NCBI GenBank assembly: GCA_951406725.2
Contig: OX597815.1
Coordinates: 48,732,001 to 48,796,000 of the forward strand
Direction of reading: 5' to 3'
From: Octopus vulgaris
Taxonomy: Eukaryota
DNA: 64,000 bases
A program made the translations under genes and the position numbers. A model generated the notes under the pieces. It saw only the letters and a list, made by a program, of their open reading frames with translations. It did not search any database and was not told where the DNA came from. Below, in pieces: positions 41,726-52,609 of the stretch. Positions within the stretch are counted from its first letter, which is position 1; each line of letters opens with the position of its first letter.

Positions 41726-41884
41726 TGAAATGAGAAAGAAAAATGGTGGGAGGGCAGAGGAACAGAAAGCAACAGAGAGGTAAGTTGGAGAGAGAGAGGA
41801 AAAGACAAGAGAATGAAAGAGACGTTGCACAAAATATTACTGCTATGTAGAGGGACAGAAACGTGTGTGTTTTGCTTACATTAA

Positions 41885-42630
41885 ATACGTTTCTTTATTA
41901 ACAACAAGGGGCTAAACATAGAGGGGACAAACAAGGACAGACAAACGGATTAAGTCCATTACATCGACCCCATTACGTAACCAGTACTTAATTTATCGAC
42001 CCCGAAAGGATGAAAGGCAAAGTCGACCTCGGCGGAATTTGAACCCAGAACGTAACGGCAGACGAAATACCGTTGAGCATTTCGCCCGGCGTGCTAACGT
42101 TTCTGCTAAGAAGCACATCACAAGAACGAACGGATAATATACATACAAGATATAGACGTGCGCATTCCTCGTCAATTGTCGTACAAAAACTCCTTCTCTT
42201 TCACACCTTTAACATAAGGCAGCGTGCTGGACGAAGAGTTTACACGCCGGGCAAAAAATGCTTAACAACATTTCGTCCGTCTTTTTGTTCTGAGCTCAAA
42301 TTTCACCGAGGTCGACTTCGCCTTACAACATTTTAGAGTCGATAAAATAGGTACCAGTTGAGCACTGGGGTCGATGAAATCGACTTACGCCTCACCCGGA
42401 ACTGCTGGCTTGTGCTAAAATTTGAAATCATTATTACAAGTCTTACATAAGGCGGCGAGTTGGCAGAATCGTTTGCACGCCAGGAAAAATGCCTTTGCAG
42501 AATTTCGCCCGTCTTAACGTTCTGAGTTCAAATTCTGCTGAGGCTAACTTTGTCTTTCATTCTTTCGTGGTCTATAAAATAAGTACCAGTTGAGCACTGG
42601 AGTTGACGTAATCGACTTACACCTTCCCTC
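41885..42630. mobile_element. SINE family B copies (one minus, two plus)
   Basis: Same diagnostic core. Other copies at ~2987-3205, 8095-8300, 13850-14165, 18435-18600, 30380-30580, 33100-33290, 39365-39475 and 61710-62030. Confidence 0.85.
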
Positions 42631-43119
42631 AAAACTCTGAAGCGGCACAATTAGTCGAAAGAGAAAAGTGTCGCTAAAGAGTAAAACGCTTTTTCTTCAT
42701 ACTTATTTAAAAATGGGCTATTTCAAAAGAGATTGAAATATAACCACAGATGTGTGGGAAATATGGTAGGTATTAGGTTTGCCTCAATTCAAAGAAATCC
42801 ATAGAGAGACGCATATATTAATAAATAGGTAGGTCTCCAGACAGATACATATACACAGATAGGTACTCAAATTCAAAAGAATAACAAAAATACGCGCATA
42901 TATATATATATTTATATATATATATATATATATACGCACGCACACTGGTAGATAAACCAACCAGGTAGTAAGACAGGTGTAAGAACAAGATTAATTTACA
43001 CGTTAATAATTCCAATACAAAATTTTATACCCAGTCAAACAAATATCTTATTTATTCATTTCTATTATCTTTAATATCAAATATCGCCTTTCCTGTAAAT
43101 AAATATTTGTCTTCTGAGG

Positions 43120-43470
43120 AAACTAAAAACGTTGAGGAGGTAACCACATTGAAATGGAAACCCGGAGAGTCTCAACGATATATGCTGACATCCTCACCAT
43201 AAAACAGAATGATCGCCACCATTCTAAAGGAATACAGGGCATTGACGGGAGTAAAAATTAACTTTGACTAATCTATAGATTTGCAGCTCGATATCTGGAG
43301 AGGCATGGCCCAGCCACTGGTCAGCATCGTGGGACGTTGAACAGGATACAGTTTCGCTCAGACTTTTGGTTAGATAGGAACTGAGATGCTATTATAAACA
43401 AAGTGGCCTATGTTATCCAGAAATGGTTTGAGAGGAATCTATGACCGAAAGATTGTAAATAGGTGACGAA
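43120..43470 (+). mobile_element. Decayed Tx1/L1-like reverse transcriptase fragment
   Basis: YADILTI / ILKEYRALTGVKINFD*SIDLQLDIWRG resembles RT motifs YADD and G.KIN..KS. Confidence 0.55.
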
Positions 43471-46400
43471 TATGTAACGGTTTATAAGGTCATCAATTAT
43501 TACGATCATATGTAACGATAATATGCGCCGAATTAATTAATTGTAATTGAAATGGTCCTTTATTTATTACACTGTGTAACAATTTTTTTTTGTCTTTGGT
43601 CAGTAAGTCATATTTCCTATTTGTTTCTATTTAAAAATCAAAGGAAATGACCACTATTCCCTTCACACTTTGGTTTTTGTGACCTGGACATCAATATTTT
43701 GATGCTGACCTATTTTCCATTACATTTCATACAGATTCAGTGCTGAGTTGCTGAAGCAGAAATATTATTATAGTAAATATTCTGCTCAATACCACAGACT
43801 TGCTTGTCAGTTGCTTGACCTTAACCACTTGAGCATGTCCTTTGATGGCTGACAATATGTGCATGTCTGATTATGAGCAGTAGTAGTGAGGGAGCATCAT
43901 AACCATGTGTTGAGAGGAATTCTTTGGGAGTTTGGATAAATATAACAAATGCAAAGCTTGAAGAAAATTTCAGCCATTTTTCATACTTTCTATGGGTAAG
44001 CAAAGAGGAAATAACACTTGCTACCCAAAGACAAAAACCGTGTTATACAGTGTTATCTTTAAAAGAATTCGCACAATGACGTCTCATACTTTGAATTCGG
44101 CTTTGTTGCCACAAATGCTGTGATAGTGTCCAAAGCAGCAATGTACGATTTGGTATGCTATGACTCAACAAAACTGTAGAACCGCAAGCGTCATTTAAAC
44201 TACAAAACACAAAATGTTTTGATAGTTGTCGGCGACAGTTCTTTCAAGTTTCACATGAATATCTGTTCTTTGTGGGCTTTTTATAAAATAGCTCTTAGAG
44301 TTGCAAAGGTTAAAAAGATATACACAATCAGGGAACATCAGCTGAAAGGCTGTTTAAGCCATTTTGCCACCACATTTCTGTTGAAATGAATACACTGCTT
44401 TCGTTTAATTTAATTTTGAAAATAATGAAGGATTTCGTAAAATAACGTATTAAGCTATTGTTTGAACATAAGTTATTAGGAAACGTTTTAATTTTGACCT
44501 CTTTAAAGCAGAGAATTTGTCATATAAAACGAAAGGCAGTTTCATTCAGGTTGGTATCAAAAAGTTTAAAAACATCTTGCATGTTACTGCGTAAGTGCAT
44601 TAGGTACTACTTTTATAAAAGACGATACATTCATGATTTCGCGATAGGGAAAATCAACTTATAGGCTAGATTGAATTAAAATTTTAGTTTATCTTTTTTC
44701 AGCATGATTAATATATAAACATTGTTGGTTTGTCAGCCCTGGTGGAATATGTGCGCTGTGAGCATGAGTGAATTCAAACAGAATTTTTTAAAAATTTGTT
44801 AAAGTACTTCTATAGTGTTTCAAGAATAAGCACGTCTACATTGTTAACTAATACGAACTGAGTTTCAAGTTTTGTATATGTTTATGATATGATGGCACTC
44901 TGAATTGATATAGTGTCAGAGATAAAAGATTGCTCCGGGCTCGCATTAGGCAAGAAGTTGAACCTTTTTTTTTTTGCCCCATGACACTGCATGTGCAAAA
45001 TTTGAATGAAATCCGATGTGTAGTCCTCGAGTTTTAGGGATTCACACAGACAGACCCACAGTCTCAGTTTTAAGATAAATTAATAAAAATAAAAATTTTG
45101 TTACTCATTGTAATCCTTCTATTTCATTTACATTGCTGGCATTTCCCCCCTAAATTACTTCTGTGTTCAGCAACAGAATGCTTCAGCGTCCCAATCGTAT
45201 ATATATATATCCATTGGTCCTCACTTCAATATTTGCTGATTAGGACCACATTAAATTTATATAATTTTTGTGTATGTATATACTTATTTTATGATATTCG
45301 GAAGAATGCATAATCAAATGCACTGATCAAAAATTCGCGAGCAAGAATATTAAAGAATAAAGTAACATGGAGATTAGAAGGATAACATGATTAGAGAAGG
45401 AAGAAATTTTGAAAGAATTCTAAGTTGGGACGGGATATCAAAAGACAGACGTGAAGGTACCCGTTCGATTAGCTTCGTGATGGTAACTAAAACAAGGTAC
45501 ATAAGTACCGAGACAACTTTAACATATATAAACTACCAAGGACTTGCTACTACTCTTCTTTCTTCTCCTCCTACTATTACTACCACCATCACCAGTTGTA
45601 GTAGTAGTAGTAGTAGGAGTAGGAGTAACCGGTTTAAGATGTGGGTTGTTACAGTAATTGAAACTCCATCGCTAATTAGTAGAATGGTCATTATCAACAT
45701 AATTAAAAAGGCTACCGTCTTACCCTCCCCAATCATGTCTCTAGTAACCACCATCAAACACAATAAATATGAAACCTATCGCTTCAATAGTCCCAAATAA
45801 GAGTCCCGTTTCAAACACTATCAAACCATACTGATTATGATGTTCATATGTCTGTATCTTTATTTAAAAGGTTAATTGTTACTTTTGACATTAACCACAA
45901 TATATTGGTCACATATTTTACATAAGAATTCTGTTGACTGAAACAGAAATGTCGATAGACGAATTAAGAAAAAAATTAGATAACTTCAATGAAAATTTCT
46001 TCGTTGGTCAGCAACAGAAAATGATTCTATATATTACAGTTATTTTCTGGAAACGCGCTAAGAATCATCAGCTGATCGTAGAAGTGTCGCTGCCCGTAAC
46101 GCGGAGGAGAAAAAAAATCAATAAATACTGGGGCCCGGCTGGCCGCTTCCAGTTACCATTGAGTCGTCAGATATTTTCAGACCCTCTACTACCAATTTCT
46201 TCCACAAAATATGGATAACTACTGCATGTCGGAGAAATGAGCACCGCGAAGTGGAGTGGCTTCTGTAGCGAGTGTCGCTGGTCATTCTCCGCGGCAACGC
46301 TATCGCGGTCATTACCGCGGGGCGCGGCTAAGTACACCATTTGTTCTAGGGTACGTAGCCCATTTTCCTCTCCCTCTCTATCTTCCGCTGCTTTACCCCC

Positions 46401-46476
46401 ACCTATTTTCCCTTTTCTTTTTCCTTTCTTATTTCTCTTCTTTCTTGTTTCTTTGTATTTAAATATTATAATAAAA

Positions 46477-47629
46477 CTAGCAGCATAGCCCGGCGTTGCC
46501 CGGGTATGTAAGAGCCCCTAGTAGGCAACGACTAATCCCAATCTAGTCCTTTCCCTCTAGGGAACGAAGGCGCATGTGTAGGTTGCAATGTCTTCTCTTC
46601 ACTCCCAAATAACTATGAAACAGCTATCGATAATTCAACCCAACCAATTCCTACCAGGAAGAAATTACATTCGAGACTTTACCCCCAACACCGCCACTTC
46701 TGCTAATAGCTGCTGCAGCCGCAAGTTATTCGAATACATTTTTTGTTTAAACTTTCTTTATAACTACCGCCCCAAATGTTTTGCCTTAAATTTTTGACGT
46801 ACCCTAAGGGCCCTCGGACGCTACTTGCAAACTCTTGGTTTATTATAAACCGCTTTTGTCGTGTTCACCAAAAAACCTTTTCCATTCGTTTGTTCAGTTT
46901 GGTCACTTTTGACTTTCCCGTTGTTGTCACTCACATTGCTGCCCGCTTTTTTGCCGTTTTTGTACATTTTTATACATTTTGGAATACTTACCCCACGTGT
47001 TCCGAGAGTTAAAAAGTTCGAGTTGCGTCCCCTAGACAGTCTGTGGTTTGTGTTTAATACACAAATCGGTTTGCTATGTGTGCCACATATGATTTAATTA
47101 ACCGATTTTTTCCAGTAATAAAGTATTCTATTGGAATAAAAGGGCCATATAGCTCCTTGGAGCAGACATGATGCTCGCTGTGAATTAAAAAAAAATTCCT
47201 GCCAATTTGTGAAAGATATTGTCGAAAATATGTCATCTTGAATTTGAACGCGATTTCCCAAAATGGCATGATTTTATCGATTTTTTCTGATGGTAAGGTA
47301 TTGCATGGAAATCTAACGTCAGAATTAAGTTTCTTATGGTAACATTAAGCTTCACCATGAGTTTGGTGAAAATCGATTGCAAGTTGCGAAAACTACAACA
47401 GAAAATGTGTTGCATATAAAAAGCTTAGATTCTCGACCCCATGTCGAATTTATCGATTTTTTCAGAACTGGGGGAACTTCTCAAAATTTTCACTGCGTTA
47501 GTTTTGAATTATGACATTGGGCTATGTGTGTGTCAAGTTTCATCAGAATCGGTTGAAAGCCGTGGTCAGGGTGAGGGTACAACCTGACAGACACACAGAC
47601 AGACAAACTGCCGTTTATATATAGAGAGA
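46477..47629 (-). mobile_element. Non-autonomous Helitron, 1153 bp, both termini intact
   Basis: Minus strand starts TCTCTCTATATATAAA followed by (GTCT)n, and ends CCCGG-GCAACG-CCGGG...CTAG. Inserted between A and T with no TSD. Confidence 0.88.
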
Positions 47630-47727
47630 TAAAAGGGTTTCATGGGATTCATTATAACAAAAACAAAATGATAATAAATTTTGATATTGTTTAATGGGTG
47701 AGAGTGTACGTTTCAATATGGAGTCGA

Positions 47728-47890
<163 letters not shown>

Positions 47891-47952
47891 ATAAAACGGT
47901 AAGATAACAAAAGAAAGAAAGAGACCTCAATATTATGTAAATAGAGGAAATT

Positions 47953-48051
47953 TATCTATACAATATGTTACATTACTCGGTAGTCAAGATAAAACTCTGA
48001 AACTCAGAGTTTTATCTTGACTACCGAGTAATGTAACATATTGTATAGATA
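47953..48051. repeat. Perfect 48-bp-arm palindrome with 3-nt loop
   Basis: 47953-48000 is the exact reverse complement of 48004-48051. Lies between (TA)n tracts. Confidence 0.95.
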
Positions 48052-48171
48052 TATATATATATATATATATTTATTATATAGAAGTTTACTCTGCTATGTA
48101 TTGAGTACCTTATTTACTGTGGTTAACCCCGAATCAACCCGGGACCTATATATATATATATATATATATAT

Positions 48172-48577
48172 AAATTTTAATTTAATTTAATTTATTTCTG
48201 CAGTGAATTATATCTGCAGTATTATTTCCGGTAATTTAGCGCGTCAAAACGAGGACATTTGAAAAATAACCACAAGTGTTATAGGTAGAACTAGATACAT
48301 ATCCTATCTCGTGCGGATGTCTCGTGTATAGTTCTGCAAATTATATTTGTATAGACGATCATACTGAAGATCTGCGGGCAGATTGCGTAAGTAAAATTAC
48401 GTAATCTGCTGATAGTGAAATATGTTTGCGATTAATCTATATTTTGTTACTTTTCATTTGTCTTGCTCGCTTACGTTCTGGTGTTTGCCAAATTTTCTTC
48501 AGAACATTTCTTAGTGGTAAGACCATAGCTGATCTACTTCTAGCATAAGGGTTGTCCACATAGTGGTCATCCCTCTC

Positions 48578-48582
<5 letters not shown>
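48172..48582 (+). mobile_element. Diverged relative of the 535-bp HHR unit, with degenerate hammerhead at 48358-48432
   Basis: Colinear similarity blocks to the HHR-sense strand of the 535-bp unit (tttccg..ttt.gcgcg..catttgaa..ataac; taatct.ta.ttttgtta.tttt.atttg; atagtg..ca..ctct.atat). CTGAAGA 48364-70 and GAAA 48417-20. Flanked by (TA)n. Confidence 0.65.
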
Positions 48583-48631
<49 letters not shown>

Positions 48632-49434
48632 CCAACATTATATCAGCACAGCTCGGTGTAACCACAAAAAACTGCTTTTGCCTGTTGATATCATTAGGCT
48701 GTAGCTGGCATGATTAAGATAAGAGCTTTTATTCAAAAGCGTTTCCAGTAAACGAACTTAAAGGATATAAATATATATAGATATACACGCGTGTGCGCAC
48801 GCACACACATACACACGAATGCACTCATACATATATATTGAAAAGGTTAAGCGGGTTTTCAAATGTAAATTTATACAAAAAAAAGAAACAAAAAATGATG
48901 CTTTGAGAACTTTATTATAGATAAAAAGGAAAAGGAAATATTTACATTTCTATCAAATATGCTGCCAGTTTCAATCATTTTAAAGGTGACATAATCATGC
49001 TGCAAAAGAAAATAAAATAAATTGAAATAGTTTAAATTAAATTTAAGTGTTCCCATATTTTACAAAATTCATATGATGTTGGTCGTTGGCTTCATTGTGA
49101 TGGCTTTTGGATAGTAGTAGTAGTAGTAGTAGATGTCGGTATTTTTTGTTTCTTACTGGTAATATTGATTTTACGGTATAACTACCAGTAAGGGAAGCAG
49201 CAACAGCAGTGGACTTTGTGAGAAAGTGCTGAGTCTTGCTGAAATGCGTATAGCCTTTCACTGCATACTTATTTACCCAGGCCTTAACAACTGTCTATAG
49301 CACCTCAACGTATCCAGCAGCATTGATTCTAAGATTATAAGATCTTGTTGTTTTAGGATAGCAATATACTGATAATTAAGTGTCCCCAAATATCTCTCGC
49401 ACTCTGTATAGTCAAGGCTGGCTTTTACATTCCA

Positions 49435-49676
49435 TTTTTGTATTTATAATAATTTTTCAATTTTACAGTATTACATATTATGGTAAAGCAACTACTTTCA
49501 TGCTTTCCACAATCTTCAGGTTTATATAGGTGCAGTATTAACCGACAGTTATGTTTCACAATTGATAACTTTCGGTTAATAATACTCCTATATAAACCTG
49601 AAGATAGCGGAAAGGATGGAAATACTTGTTTTATCAATTATAAAATTGGAAAATATATGAAAATAAAATACAAAAA
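49435..49676. repeat. Older ~240-bp inverted repeat with a degenerate minimal HHR in each arm
   Basis: ATCTTCAGGTTTATATAGG pairs with CCTATATAAACCTGAAGAT, and TATTAACCGA with TCGGTTAATA. CTGAAGA at 49598 (+) and 49519 (-), each followed by GAAA. Confidence 0.65.
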
Positions 49677-49756
49677 CCAGACGATGTTGGAATTTCATTG
49701 ACATATATATATATATATATATATATATGTATACACATATATACATATATATATAT

Positions 49757-49839
<83 letters not shown>

Positions 49840-50025
49840 ATATATATATATATATATATATATACGTACACACATAAATTTGACATGGGCGATTCTTTCT
49901 TGTCTTGAGATTCACTGTTAAACGGCTTGGTGGAATTGCGCGAAAAATTACACAGATGTGTAGAATGATCCGGTGGTGAAACTGGGCTTTGTATTTTTTC
50001 GTAGCTTCCATGGTTACCGAGATAA

Positions 50026-50477
50026 TCTACTATAATAATACTCTTGTGTTTATGAATGAGAAAGGAAGGAGTGATAGATGAATAAGGAAGGAAGCGGTGA
50101 TGTCATACTTGGTAGTGGGATGATGAATATTGTACGCTGAAAAATAAATCAAACAGCGTTTCAACTCTGTGTGAATATATGTGTGTGTATGTAAAGGGGG
50201 GTATGTGTATGTGTGTGTGTTTGTGTGTGTGTGTGCGTGTGCGCGCAATGGAAGTGGGATGGTTCATCTTTGTTCGCTTAGTCTTTGGGTTTATTTTTTG
50301 ATTTGGTTGAATCTTGTTTTTTTTGTTGGTCAACTATTTTTAGCGTTTTGACAGAAAAAAGTCATTCTAAAATTGTTTTTTAATGTAAGCGTGCCCAAAC
50401 TAATCGAATGCTTACACAGAGCAGGTTTTACAGCCACATCATCCAAACCGACCGGGTGAAACCGGGCTTAGCTGCTA

Positions 50478-50478
<1 letters not shown>
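50026..50478 (+). mobile_element. Non-autonomous Helitron, 453 bp
   Basis: A|TCTACTATAATAA 5' end. Subterminal CCGG-GTGAAA-CCGG hairpin, then GCTGCTAG|T 3' end. Confidence 0.8.
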
Positions 50479-50518
<40 letters not shown>

Positions 50519-50587
50519 TATATGATATACTGTTTCGTGATTGAAAATTCAACACAAAAGTACTCCATATAGTGACAAATAAATCTT

Positions 50588-50771
50588 ATTTATCTAAAGG
50601 ACAGAATACATGTCTTTAAGTGCTACTAATAGTTTCATATGTTGAGAAATATCTCAAAGATATTCTTCAGGCAGAAATCACATATCATAACCATATGATA
50701 TGTGGTTTGTGCCTGAAGAATATGAAACTATTAGTAGCACTTAATGACATGTATTGTGTCCTTTAAATAAA
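50588..50771. repeat. Inverted repeat (fold-back) of an HHR-containing PLE-like fragment; right-arm HHR (50709-50740) lacks most of helix II
   Basis: Arms ~50588-50688 and ~50694-50771 are reverse complements apart from a 23-bp deletion and a few substitutions. Confidence 0.8.
50620..50673 (-). ncRNA. Type I hammerhead ribozyme in left arm of a fold-back
   Basis: Minus strand reads TGC-CTGAAGA-ATATCTTTGAGA tatt TCTCAACATAT-GAAA-CTATTAG-TA-GCA. Helix III ACTA/TAGT, GUA triplet. Confidence 0.7.
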
Positions 50772-50900
50772 TTATATATATATTGGCCTGCTCGCTTAGC
50801 CAGCGGGGTGGCGTCATTTAAAGGCTAAAACAATGCAAAACGCATTGTGACCAGCGATGTGTAGCAACATCTGATAGCCTGGTCGATCACGGTGATCACG

Positions 50901-50964
<64 letters not shown>

Positions 50965-51000
50965 CATATATATATATGTATGTATATCTATATATCTATC

Positions 51001-51046
<46 letters not shown>

Positions 51047-52609
51047 TCTTGCTTCTCTACCACATGGCTTCGGTTTCCATCCCACTGCGTGACATCTTGG
51101 GTGAGTGTCTACTACTATAGCTTCGGGCCGATCAAAGCCTTATGATTGAATCTGGTTGACGGAAACTGAAAGAAGCCCGTCGTATATATATTCCTGCTGT
51201 ACTCTTTCACCACTCTTTCTCCCACTCTTTCTTCTGTTGGCCAGCTCGCTTAGCCAGCGGGGTGGCGTCATTCGAAGGCTAAAACAATGCGAACGCATTG
51301 TGACCAGCGATGTGTAACAACGTCTGATGGTCTGGTCGTTCACGTGATCACATGATATATATATATATACATATATGATATTTACCACATGAACAATGAC
51401 GAAAAAAATCTGAGAAAGATATGATACGTAATTTTTTTTTAGCAGGTATTCGTTCGTTGTGACATATAATTTGTTTTAAGGGTAAAAAGGTTGAGAAACA
51501 ATGATATATTTATGTATACAACGGGCTTCTTTCGGTTTCCGTCTACCAAATCCACTCACAAGTGGATTATAATAGAAGACACTTGCCCAATGTGCCACGC
51601 AGTGGGACTGGATCCAGAACCATCTGGTTGGGAAGCAAGTGTTGTCTAATATAACTCTGAGCCGATCAAAGCCTTATTAGTGGATTTGTTAGACGGAAAC
51701 TGAAAGAAGCCTTTTGTGCATGTATGTATATTTATGAGTGTTTGTGTGTGTGTGTATGCACACGTACGCGTATCTGGTTTTTGCCCCCCTCACCACCGCT
51801 TGACAACCGGTATTGGTTTGTTTTAGACTCCCGTAATTTAGCGATTCGATAGAATAAGTACCAGGCAAAAAAAGGTAATATAAGTACTTGGGTCAGCTTG
51901 TTTTGACTAAACCCTTCAGGGTGTTGCCCCAGCATGGCCGCAATCTAATAACTAAAGCGAGTAAAACATAGCAAGACGGTACTCGCGCGCGCATGTGTGT
52001 GTGTGTGTGTGTGTGTAAACTTTGGCTGTTTATTATTTCAATCGATCCCAAGCTTAGTGAATCTGTACTCATCTAAAACTGTGAGTCACTGTTACACACA
52101 CACACTGTATGTCTGTCTATTATTCCGTCCCAGACGTCAATCGTTCGATAGTAATAGAATAAAAAGAATTTTGGTAACGGTAAAACTCAATGTTTACGTC
52201 GGTTAACAAAACGGTTGATAAATACGTGAAATAAATTAAAATAAGATAAAAACACTATGTGCTGTAAGTGATGCTTTTGTCGATGTCCTTTCGTCGAAGA
52301 AATTAAGTCATTATACCTCCTTATAAACTTTTTCAATTAAGCTTTTTACTGGAAATGGTTATTTTTCCTGCAACTCATTGATATTAAATGATGCTTGGAT
52401 CAAGTAAAAAGACAGAGTTACTTCCCTTGGAGTGTGCTGTAATGATTAAAGCCACTTATTTATATTTTTTGGTTTTGTGTATGTTTTTATTATTATAGCG
52501 ACTTGATTTTTTTTTCAAGAAACCAGGATCGTAACGGAATCGGTAGAAAGCAGCTGCGTATATCTATTAGAAGATAGTTAGCTATATGCTGTGCCATTTC
52601 GTTTCCACT

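Noticed and set aside
45387-45800. 137-aa ORF
   Set aside because: Low-complexity (ACT/AGT)n content and no recognisable domain.
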